Positions 25,401-37,552 of a stretch of DNA of 64,000 bases are shown here, piece after piece. The stretch's first letter is position 1; every line of letters starts with the position of its first letter. The position numbers and the translations under genes were made by a program. Origin of the DNA: Lytechinus pictus (taxonomy: Eukaryota). The notes under the pieces are model-generated. The model worked only from the letters and a program-made list of their open reading frames with translations, did no database searches and was not told the origin of the DNA. The stretch is from contig NC_087248.1 of assembly GCF_037042905.1 (NCBI RefSeq), forward strand, positions 13,330,001-13,394,000, read 5' to 3'.

Positions 25401-28400
25401 CAGCTTGGGTCACCTTCTCGTCTCCCTCCTCTTCGTCATCCTCCTCGTCATCATCGTCAGCGTCATTCTCCCATTTTCTCCTCTCCTCCTGTATCATCTT
25501 CAACATCTTGTGGTCCTTTTCGATCTCATCCTCCTCATCATCTGCTCCACTCTCCTCTTCATCCGATCCATCATCATCATCTCTCTTTGCCTGTACTTCT
25601 TCCAAGGCTACAAACTGTTCCACTTCCCTCTCCCCCTCTTCTGCTTTGTCTCCTCCCTTGCTGACCACCTTGCCAGTGAACCAAGGGTTGTTGATATCGC
25701 TAAGCGAAGGTTGAACAGTGTCCTCCTCCTCTTCCTCCACTTCATTCGTCTCTTCAGTCTTGTCTTCATTCACCTCGGCAATCTTCTCAGTTAATTCATG
25801 GCTCTTCTGAAGCTGCTCAGCAAGCTCTTGCCTCGCCTAAGAAAACCAAAATGATTTAACAAAATTGAGTGAAGGTATAAGTTTTCCTGAAATATGTCTA
25901 CAGTTGTGAATGTTGTGAATAGTTTCAAATGAAAAAACTTGACAGCATTTCTTTTACAATAGCGGCTGTCCAAAGTAATTCTATTTAGGCTTACTGAAAC
26001 AATGCTATTAGAACTCAGTCTAAGCAGACAACTATATTGTATATGAAAGTTCTCAAAAACCATTGCTCACTGTTAATACTTAAACTTGGGTTAACTAAAC
26101 AACGGAACAATAAATGACTGAAATGAAAGTAGAACAGAGAAGGCAGTGAGGGATTAGTCTACTTACCGATATGTTGTGCTTCCCATATCTCATCATAGTC
26201 TTTGCCCATTTTCCTGTGTTCCGGTGCTTCAGACTCATTCTCTCCTGCATGTGGAAAATAAATGTACAAGAAGATTACAATTACATGAATATTACACAAA
26301 GTATAAACTTTAAAAATAGAGGTAAAAAAATTATCAAATAGCTTTGCAAATTATAGCAATATTTACAACCATTGTTACTGAGAGAAGGAAACAATCATGT
26401 CATAAAATACAAGTATCCTATGTACATGTATAAGTGAATCTGAGATTAAAGGGGCATTCTACCCTAACATACAGCTCCTTTGAATAAGAGAAATGAATCA
26501 AACAAGTATAAGGCTGAAAATGTGAAAATAAGGACTCTCTTGATTGAACCCCAGCAATTTTTAACAATCGCAATTCCACAGGTTCAGGGTGAAATCAAAC
26601 TTTATTTCCCATTATAACAGAGAGAAATTTGATATTTTAAATTCTTCATATAATAAATAGACAGTGAATATGTGATGTCACAGGCTCCCTTGTTTACATA
26701 TAAACATGATGTCTTAATAACTGCTTTGTGAAATTAAGCAAAACTTAAAATATCATAACCTCTTCATCTTCCATCCAATTTTGATGAATTTTCACTGATA
26801 TGCTTATTTGACTCTTTCTTTTTATTCAAATAAACTTTCTACTGGGGCGGACCTGACCTTTAATAAAAAAGATTGTCTCTATACATAAAGGTAGGGATCC
26901 CATTAGACCCTTCAGACATACCGTAGCCCTTGCTTTTTCTAGTTTCTCCATTGCCTCTTTGGCAGCCTCTGGGTCATCTTCCATCAGTTTTTCCATCTTC
27001 TTTGACTCCTGCCTTGCCTTGCTTTTCCTCTCTATACGGTGGTACCTGTATCATCAAACAAATATCAATTATCATAAATCACTGAGTTAAAATCCTAAAG
27101 GTTATAAGTATGATTCAATATATAAAAAAGGACAAACAATGGCTCTTTTGAATAGCACAAGGAGAGCAATGTCATTTAACTCCCAGTGTGTTGAATAAAT
27201 TTTGGGAGGTTAAAAATTACTTTAATAATGTTTCTTTGAAAAGTTGCTTAACTGAATGTACAATTAAACCATTAATTATTCTAGAGATGATACTGAAGGT
27301 ATTTCCAGCATACAACATGCTTTATCTAATGGGGCATTGCAAGAAAGTTGCAATCAATTGCAAATCAACTTGGGTAAAGAAAAATAAATCATAAGTCTGG
27401 CTATTAATTTCATATTTGCATGTGATTGCTGGTCTACTTCTTACAACAAGCGGTAAAAATCTATTGGCTCTCATTACAATTGATATATCAATTGAAAAGT
27501 TTGCTTCTGAAAATTGCAATTGATCAAAAATATTTTCTGGCAACACCAAGACTTGGGCCATGATGAGTGAGATAAAGACTTTACAAAGTGCTCAAAATAC
27601 AGCACATAACACTTAATGTCTATCCACTTGGCATGATCAACAGTATATGCTCATTTATAAGCACCTTTGATGAAAGCCAACCATGAATTTGTTTTAGGGT
27701 GTGTTTGAATGTACAGTCTGATAGTGGCACAACGACCCGTTTTTGCTAAAATTTACTACAGAAAGTAAACTGACTCACTTTTTACTCTTGATCTTTTTAT
27801 GTCTCCTGCACTTAGCTTCGTAGAATGACATAAGAGCTCTGTGTTTCTGTAGCTCCGCTCTCCGTTCACGAGCCTGATGGAAAAAAAAAGAATGAATGAA
27901 TGGAATAGATTGATGGAAAATCCTGAATTCTTTAGTGGTAGTATGTTGGGAGAGGAAGTTCATTTCTTTTTAAGGGAAATCCAACCTTGGCCATAAAATG
28001 TTGTGTTGGGAAGGAGAACAATAGATTAAACAGAATGTTAAAAGTTTGAAAGAAATCGGACAAGCAATGAGAAAGTTATAGCTGCTTTAAAATTGAGATC
28101 ACTAATACAATGTAGATTTCAAATTGGCAACTAGTAAGTAAATTATCACAAGGGGCAAGGACAACTTTCCCATAGGCCATGTACTTAATTATCAGGGATT
28201 TGTGGTTTTCTCGGAAGTACCCATTCCCCTGGGGCAGTAATCTAAATATAACCCAGGTAGTATATTGTTTTATGTCCTCATGAATGAAAAATATAATTTG
28301 AAATAAAACTTTTGGGAAAAATGACATTTTAGCCATTATATGTATTGGAGTACATGGAAGAGTAGTCCTTGCCTTACATCACTATGACATCTCATATGTG

Positions 28401-31400
28401 GCCAATGTGAAGTCTCCATGGGTATAGTGATTACCAATATTTACAACTTGAAAATAATCATAACTTCCTTGTTGTTTGTCCAATATGGTTCAAACTTTCA
28501 CCTATCGAATTGTCTGATTTTTCTTTTTCTTATAAAAACAAGTTTTTATTTGGGTTGGATTCCCCTTTAATAAATGCCTCTTCTACCTTTTGCAATGATG
28601 GGAAGTATGCCATGCAGGGATGATAAACCAATTATTTTAGACTCAAACTCATAAGGTATCTCAATGATGGCACTTGGTCTGGTCTTTCAAAGGGGTAACT
28701 GACGATTAACCACCAATATTGCAATTGCTGTCGTCACCCCTGAATTTGTGTACACTGTACATGTATTTCTAGCAAATCATCTCCTATATTTACATCTTTT
28801 TTCTGTATAGATTTATTATTTAATGATAAATTTTTTATAATTGTCCTGTAAATCATGAAAACATTTGAAACATTCCATTTTGTAAATAACTTTCTTCACA
28901 ATACCTCTCTTCACACCAATTTCAATATGAAATAGATATGTAGGCCATACCTCAGACAAGCTCATTGCTTTGATGGCCTCTTCTTCAGCCTGAGAGAGTT
29001 GTTTGTTGGGTCTCTCTGCAAACTTACTCCCATGCAATATTTTGTAGACTTCCTGCTCCAACGGTGTGCTTGGCTGTAAGAAAACAGATGAGGGATGCAT
29101 TTTATTACTATTGTATCTTCATTAATGAAGGATACTTGAGTGGATGCTTTCCAAACCATGTAAAATGGCATCATGGACCTTAATATTCATTAATAAAGTT
29201 CAAATTATAGAATTCAAACTTTCTTTGAAGATATTTTCAATAGAATGCGCCCAGCATCATCAACTGGTAAGTCTCCAAACCTCAGCATAGACTATTTCTG
29301 AACACCAATGATGATGGAGGAATCTGATCTAGGCTTTGAAAATTGTATCTTTACTGTTAGTTGGGATTCTTGATTTACAAATTTCTACTATAGAACAAAC
29401 ATCTATAATGACTTCGTGATATTTGTCAGCATCAAAAAGAGAGTCATTCTCTGAAAGATGCTAATATAAAAGTCAGAGGACAGTGCATCTCAGCCAATCA
29501 ACAATCTTGAATTTAGACAGCAATGACATTTTCTGGCAGACAGATTTGATGAAACACCTCCAGATGACAGCTGAACAACTTTGGATCCAACATCATCAAT
29601 TATATGAATGAATCAAGGCCTTCATTTCAAGAGCTAGACAAAATCCTATATCAAATCTCATCTAAACAGATTGGTCCGTATTCTTTCTCGGGTTTAAATT
29701 AAACCCTAGTTTAAAGTTGTGGTTTAACTATGGAGAGCCAATCGGAGCACAAATCCCCAACAGTACACAGTCAATTTATTGACTCATATGACACCAAAAT
29801 TGTTCATAATTGTCTGGAAATGATAACTGAATTATTTTTCTTCATTATGAAAGCAAAAGGAAACAAAATATTAGACATAAGAAATATACAATAAAAACAC
29901 AATTTTTGGCTCCCTATAATTTTAGCACAGAGTTAGACCGTGGTCTAAGTTAAACCCGACTTCAGAATACAGGCCATTGCAGAGCTGCCAAGTTGTATTT
30001 TGCATTTTCAGTATTCTTATCCCCCCAAATCAGTATTTTGACAAAAAAAATCAGTATTTTTACCGTGTGAGATAAATATTTTGTATTTTCCCCCCAAAAA
30101 GTGTATTTTATAATAAAATGCTTGGTGCACTCGCCCCTCAAGGCGCTCAAGCTGCATGCAAGCTAAAATGCACACTGCTCTTGCAGATGAAAAAAAAAAC
30201 CATTGAAACTTGTGTATATCTCACCCTGGTTTTTACAAAATGATTGAAAAAAAAACAAGTTACCTGAAATTACATTGATCTAATAACCATATTTGTGTAC
30301 GTTTTATGAAATAGAGACATATAGAGATGATTTTTCTCAATAAATTACGATTTTGTAAAAAAAAAACGTATTTTTTAAAGAAAAAACGTACTGCCGTATT
30401 TTGGTTGCAAAAACGTACTAAATACGGCTAAAACGTACTGGTTGGCAGGTCTGTCACTGGCCTAGGATATTTTGTACCTCTGTCAACTTTTCTCATTTGT
30501 TCTGTAATATAGAAATAAGCTAATTTTGAGAAAAGGCTTTGCCCTAAAAATTAAGGAATTTAAGGCATTAGAGATCATATGTTTAGTCACTGACCTACCT
30601 TAAACTTCTTGACGAACTGGTCAGTGGTTGGAAGTCCAACGACCTTTTGGTTGAGAGGAAAGGACAGATGCTCTGCCTTACGATTGGTCTGTACCACTTG
30701 GTCCCATTTAGAGACCTCCTTGCTGACCCCTTCATAGGCCATCGTCCGCTGGATCTGTTGGGTCAAAGGTGACATCAAAAGTATTGAAAATCAAAACTAG
30801 CACATCAATCATGTGGCGCCAATCCGGCATCTAGCAAAAGAAGAAATGTAATCTTGAATCTTGAAATGTAATCATGTACTCTTGAATTGAATTTATTTTA
30901 GCCCAGTTGACACTATAGTTTATATAAAACAAATACAAACATATCTTGGTCAACATAAATAGTGGAAGTGCATGTTTTTACTCAAAATTTTAGAATTCTG
31001 TGTAGAAGTTTGGTGAACCTCATGAAGATCTATTAGATCAGATTTTTTTACTTTGTTCTCATTTTACAGAACCCCCCAAAAATCAATATAAAGAAAAAGT
31101 TTTACAGCTTAGATGAGCTAGAAATATCAACAATGCATACTAAAGACTGGAAATGCCTGTCATCATGATACTACTCATATGCATCAGAATTCGTCATTGT
31201 ATCTATGACATGTCCCATTTGAATGTATTGAACTCATGTAATCAATCAGATTCTGGGAGGCATGTCAATATATGCCATGCAGAAGCAATAATAATAATAA
31301 TATGTCAATATATGTAGCACTGTTGCCAAATGCCAATGCCAAATCCCCCCAAATAAGAAGGTCTTCTACTTCTATTTCTAGGGAGTATTTCATGTAGTTT

Positions 31401-34400
31401 TTTTTCAAACCCTCACTTAAAAGTCATCTTTTATCATCACTAGCTTTGTTTTTTTGTCAGCACCAACACCACATTCTCTGACAGTTATCATAAAATCAGA
31501 AGCCAGTTTCTCATTCAGTGCGAACATTAATGTGAAATGCCCTGTGATTACAATCGCCATTTAAATCTTTGCCCATACCTTCTCTTTCAAATCCTCACTT
31601 AAAACTATAATTTTTTCACCACTAACATATTTTTTTTGTCAGCACCAACAACACATTCTCTGACAGTTTTCATATATAAAATCAGAAGCCAATTTCTCAT
31701 TCAGCGCAGACATTAATGTGAAATGCCCTGTGATTACAATCACCGTTTAAATCTTTGCCCATACCTTCTCTGCTTCATGCTGATGTAAGGGAGTAGGGAG
31801 TGTCTTCCGTTTGTTCACATTGTTCATCTGTTTCTTCAGCGCGGAGTGGGATGGGGTGTTCTTCAAAGATCCCATAAGATCATGGATCCAAATTCCTTTC
31901 CCTTGAACTGAATTTACCAAGAATAAATCATTCATTCCATTACTGATCATAAATATATAATCACAGCAGAACCTTCAATGCACTTAGATTATAGCATCCA
32001 AAACTCTCATTATTGACAAGAGATACAAATCAAATTGGCCCCTCATTCAACGTGTATCTTTGCTCTAAAATGAAATTCATAATCTAAACTGCACCCAATA
32101 ACACAAACGTCAGCGATTAATTGCTAATTTGAAAGAACAACTCTCATTGGTTTCTAGTCAGTCTAGTGAGTAAAATGCGCATGCAACCTTGATCTTGATA
32201 GGCCATTTCATTTAGCGATTGATCGCTAACCTTTGTGTTATGGAACCCTTATCTTATCTCATCTCACATCTTTCCTTTAGCTCCTAATTTAAGGAAATAA
32301 TTACATGTACATGTATGTGTCATACACTAATTTTATTGCTTATCATCATTGCTGCTGGTGTTCTCATTATTATTGTTATCATCATTATTATTAATTCTTA
32401 TGTACATGTACACAGACAATGCACTCCCCTTACATGAATCATGTAATTTATACAGGTAAGGGGAATAACAAGACAAGTACAAAACCAAAACAACATGGGA
32501 GAAATATTTGTTTGAATGTAACATTTGAGCGGGAGAAAAAAAATTACAATGAGAAAGATGATATTTCAACTTTGTCACAGAGATATTAGTCCCATGATAC
32601 AAAGTACATGAATGCTTTATACTTTTTATCAGACACTTTTCAATTTGTACGTTGATATAATTCTATACACTGCATGTGTCAATGTTGACCCCTCGTTCAC
32701 CATCCGAATTGACAATGCATTCATCCTGATTTTACCGTCTACCCAAACTCATCCATGCCGTTGTTGACACTTGCGATTCAAGGGTGCCTGGCAACATCAT
32801 ATTGACAAAACGCAATAGCTAATATCGAAAACCATTTCAGCAGCGGGTCGATGTAGGTAGGTTAAGTCTACCTTCAACATCACCACGCACTTGTTTTCAC
32901 ATTTGATAAGTACCTAATATGATACATTTACATACTTGTTCTGCAAATAATAGGCGAATGTGTAAAAAACACTTACCATCTTTAGTATTCAGCTGATACT
33001 CTGAAACATCTGCACTTGCTTCGGACCTTTGCTTGACCTTTGACCTGTACATCACCAAATAGACAGGAACAACACAAATAATAACATGGGGGACAAATAC
33101 TTTTTAAATATCTCAACATTTGGTCACTATGCACTTCTTTTATAAATTTTCATCCTCTAGTCTAGAGATTATTTTAAACAGAAAAAAGTACCATTTGAAA
33201 ATTCAAATCACATTTAATCAGTTCTGTTCAATCAAGTTTGATTCAACAAAACTGCACAAAATAAGCTTGATTTTGAACTAAGAATCAGTCTTCATATTTT
33301 CTCTATAATAACTTGACTATTGGATGGTCAAACCCAAAGATTAAAAAAAAGAGAAAATTATCCTGAAACTTGTCATTTCTTACCTTTTCTTGGTTTCCAT
33401 GGAGCCAATGGCTTCCAAGAGTTTAGAATGTCTTGATTCATCCTCCAAATCACCCTGTATGTAAAGATAAGATGAAACCAAGGTCTTGTCTTATGAAGAG
33501 TCGTGATTGATCCCATTAAAAACCCTCAACTATGGAAAGCCATCAATGTCTTAATTTTCATATGGGAGATTTGCACCATATCCCATTGTAAACAGCTTTA
33601 TAGGAGTATACTGGGAAGCATGTCATGAAAGGAATTGTTGGAACGTTTTATCCGCCCTTTACCCTAGTACAGTAACAGTGCTTCTCAGCCAATCAGAATC
33701 AAGGAAAAATGTCAGATCCGAAAACTTGACAGATCATGTCGATGAAATGTTCCGCCGAATTGTCAAATCAGTGATGCATGCATGAATAAACATCATACAG
33801 ACATTTTGGAATTTGGGGTACGGTAATGGCTTTCCATGGTTGTGATTGATCAAATCAATCACAACTCCTTAGTAAGACGGGGGCCCAGTTGAGCACCGAA
33901 GTATCAGTTGGATAGCAATTTCCTACAGCAACTACTATTAGCTCCTGAAATCCTTCCATATGATTGGCCAAGTCAGTGAGAGCAATTTTGAAAATGAAAT
34001 TACTGATAAGAGTAAGAAAGACCCTTGAACAGTAAAAACAAACATATCTGCTCAAGGGTCTGAGGCTTCCCTAAATTAAAAAAAAATACAAGAAATATAT
34101 TACCTGAAAAATAATGAAATCAATCAGAGTGAAAATGAAGTTGATAAGAAAAGAAGTAGCACAATAATAAAATTTAAGAGATCAAGTCAATTGTTTAATA
34201 CTCTTTTACCTATTGTAACTAACAAGTATTATCTCTTAAAGGGATAATTTTCCTGGTATCGCATCACAATTTGCTCCACATTTTTGAAAGACTGCTATGC
34301 ATTTGTATAGTATATTTTTACATACATGTAAGACTTTACATTACTTAGTAGAGAGCTTTTCTCTTATAACCAAAAATGCTATTCAAATTACAAAATAATA

Positions 34401-37022
34401 AACTTCTGTGCAATCATCTAACAAGTTATTAAAAATAAATACCAGTTGTGATAAAGATCTCAAAATGAGTTCAAATAGATTCCAATAAAATTACCACCAT
34501 AGTGCTTGTGTTTATGAATAAAAAATATGTGCTTAATGTCTCTGGAAGAAAATGCGTAATTGCTGGGAAATCAGCAAAATAAGCATGGAATTCCATCAAA
34601 TGTCGGGTATTTTTCCGAGCAATATCAATACATTGTCCCACATATGGTTTTTCTGTGTTAGTGATCATCAAAGATAAGTTTACTTTAATGTATCAGATCT
34701 CGATATTATGATATTTTGACAATTAACCTTGATTTTATAGACTTTCTCATTAATAATTTTTTGCTGCACAATACTATCTTTTACCCTTAAAATAAAAATC
34801 AGAAATAAAATAAAAAAATATTCTTTTTTTGAAATATTTCAAACATTACATGAGAACAACTGCTGTCTTCTGAAGATAGCATATTTCAGAGTTAAGTAAG
34901 GAGGCAAAACACCACTACTACCTGTAAATTATGCTTCTGAATTCATTTGGATTTTTTCACTACAAGTATACTTATTTAAAAAAAAAAAAGAATATGTTTC
35001 AATTCTATTAAGAAAAATATCTTTATAATTTGTTTGTACTCATTTCTCATCTAAGGAAGACAGCATGGATATATATTTTTTCTCCCTGAATTCATCATTC
35101 ATTTTTGTATAATTTCTCCTAATAACACATGAAGGATTTTTTTAAATTTGTATACATGAAAATCTCTCACATACGTATGCAATAAAGATTTTTAATGTTC
35201 GATATAAATGGACCCTTCCTTAAAGCATTCATAAGACTTTTACAATAAGAATAGGCCTACATTGTACACGTCTGACACACTGCCTTTACGTTAATATATA
35301 TGGACTATAATCCAGATAATTGTAGATGATCACAAAGGGTGCTATAGTCTAACTATCTGCTTTAAAGAGTCTAATGATATAGAAAAGCGAAAGAAAATGT
35401 GTGTTAAGATTTCTTTTTATTTTTCTTCATTTTTTGTTGCTGTTTTGAAATATTTTATGACACAACTTACACTGTTTCCAGTATGGTAAGGTCCCCCAAG
35501 TCTATGCAGTCCCCCTTATCTGCACACACTTATATAGATCTGCGTGATTCCAGTGAAAAAAGATATGCAACAACTGCCAATACAGATATTCATTAAAAAA
35601 AAGAGTTAAAATGGTGAAAAAATAATGAATTTTGGGCATTTCATGTGACAGCGTCAAAATGCAGCCTTTCTCAGCAAAATCCCTGAATCGTGTGCAGAGG
35701 GAATGGGTGTGCAGACTTGGGGCACCACTTTTTTGTTCAATCTGAAAATGACTGGCCAAGGTTTTTTTCCAAGAAAATTGTCTATTTCTCCCAATTTTGG
35801 TGAGATTTTTGGAATAATAAGGATATAAGGAACATTATCAACTAAATTTTTAGTTGCGCAGACATGGGGCCCCCATCATAACACAACACTTTGAGGGTGA
35901 TCATACAATTGATTTTCATGATTGAAATGCATTGTGGTCAATGGCACTGCAATCAATCATGAAAACTTGACAAAATTGCCAAGCTTTGCAAAATGGTCTG
36001 GTACATGTAAGTATGAGCCAAAATGGGTGAGATTCCTTCCGAAAGGTGTGTGAAAGGCTCTTTACCTCATCTTCACTTGCACTGATGTTAGAGTGTGAAT
36101 CATCATCGTCGTCATTTTCCCTTTCAACACCAGAAGCTTGAAGGCTGGAGAAAGGAGAAAAATGTTAGAGGAACACAATGGATATGATACATGTAGACTC
36201 AACAGGAGACGATCTCCAATACTGGAGACATGCCACTACTGGCAAACATGATTAAAAGGAACATCAACAATTAACGAGGCATTTTTTGCATCCATAATTA
36301 ATAATATTGTCTGTCCGACTGACTGGGGTTAGTTTGATAAATCCCTTTCTTTAATCAGACATTATTTTCTGTTCTCTGGACATAGGAATGACAAAATTTT
36401 TGTTCAGATGCTGCACCCTGCTCTCAAGACCCGTGTGCAGTCACCCTACTATAACGTCACAAATAAAAAAATCTTACATCTTGTTTTATAATCTATGATG
36501 GATTTTCCTCAACCTTCATTATTTTTTCAGTTTTTCAATAGGCCCTACATGTACTTATGACTTATGTGGCGTGTTTCTACAGACTCGTTAAATGGTACTT
36601 ATGAAGGCCTACCTAGTCTTGAGTCATTGATGAAGAAGTATATGTCAAATTTTTTTTAAAAAGACATCATCATGGAGTCCTCAAGACTAGGCCTACCTGC
36701 GTAAGTATACAGAAATAAGTGACAGACATAATTTCTGAGAATTGCAGTGTTCCACAACGTGCAATGTGAGTTAATCAGATTATTCGCTCTATAGACACAG
36801 GTTGGTTTAAGGGCGATAATCCGATATGGTTTTTTGATTCCAGAAAAGATAAACTGTTTGTTTTTTCTATAGAAACATGCCATTTGTCTGGCAAAAAATT
36901 TCATGATTGTCAATGACAAGTCACAATGACAATGTCAGTGGCTCTCAATTTAGACTCGTACTCATTATGCTAAAAATATATCAAGCAAATAAAATCTTTA
37001 GATACCTCAGCAAAACATCCAT
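22435..37022 (-). CDS. UTP14: U3 snoRNA-associated protein 14 (SSU processome), 13 coding exons, 799 aa
   Basis: Exons (-): 37022-37006, 36144-36066, 33454-33384, 33044-32977, 31907-31765, 30754-30599, 29073-28951, 27873-27779, 27045-26922, 26244-26167, 25836-24788, 23169-23070, 22731-22435. All GT-AG, phases consistent, 2400 nt, with an in-frame upstream stop before the ATG. Motifs: RHSKLLEAI, KIKSKKYHR, ERMSLKHRNTGKWAK, DLTLPGWGDWGG, LPFPFTSTEQFERSIRAPVGSTWNT, PKVSTKIGTIIRPI. Confidence 0.95.
24327..24751 (-). mobile_element. piggyBac-like MITE (TTAA TSD)
   Basis: ttaa|CCCTAAAAG ... CTTTTAGGG|ttaa; internal sequence shared, in reverse orientation, with 49050-49820 and 55926-56689. Confidence 0.75.
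27330..27548. mobile_element. Harbinger-like MITE (second copy at ~54075-54292)
   Basis: GGGGCATTGCAAGAAA ... TTTTCT(G/T)GCAACACC, with internal gcaatcaattgc motifs in both copies. Confidence 0.55.
27973..28566. mobile_element. Kolobok-like non-autonomous element (AGGG termini at TTAA-like sites)
   Basis: AGGGAAATCCAACC ... GGTTGGATTCCCCT|ttaa; similar decayed elements at ~26450-26860 and ~34240-34786. Confidence 0.6.
29980..30453 (+). mobile_element. CAGACCTGCCAACC-family MITE copy
   Basis: Body nearly identical to 18828-19227; ends GGTTGGCAGGTCTG; degenerate TSD ccattg/tcactg; abuts another TIR element at ~29672-29975. Confidence 0.75.
31404..31771. repeat. ~186-bp tandem duplication overlapping a UTP14 5' splice site
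   Basis: Copies 31404-31585 and 31586-31771 both end in tttaaatctttgcccataccttctct. Confidence 0.85.
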
Positions 37023-37552
37023 GACAAATGACGATGTTCCTGTCCTTCACACCTTAAAGTATGGTCGAATCAAAGACTTCAAACAAGCTTTCTCCACGGC
37101 AGCAGTCAAGTTGTAACGATACCACCGCAAAACCCACCCGCTAGCTCCCCGTGAACATTCGCTCCCCAAAACGAACACGCTCTCCACCACCCAGTTCTGA
37201 TGCGAGGCACGTGTTAGTTGTGTACGAGGATCGGTTCGGCCAAAAAATGTTGAATTTCTTGTCACGAAGGAAATTATTTTGATCAATAATATGGTACTGA
37301 ATGTAAATTAATTCTGATGAAGATTATTTAAAGACTTTTGAAAACTATAAATACAGAAATTATGAGTTTTGATGGCAGTGTTAGGTCAAGCGATGTGTGA
37401 CCTCGACTTGACCTTTCGCAGGAAGATCCAGAGAAAGATTGTCAGCTTTTCTCGACTGCGGTACTCATTGCTGCTAGTTTTTGGACGTAAAAATCGTTAT
37501 TTATTAAGTATTTAGCTATCTACAAAATGTCAGTTGGTGTTCATTTTAAAAC
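37023..37552. promoter_or_regulatory. Bidirectional promoter region between UTP14 (-) and the SENP6/7-like gene (+)
   Basis: Divergent start codons at 37022 and 37553; locally CpG-richer, with no obvious repeats. Confidence 0.65.

Noticed and set aside
24647-25794. Multiple plus-strand ORFs
   Set aside because: Antisense shadows of the acidic, low-complexity UTP14 exon 25836-24788.
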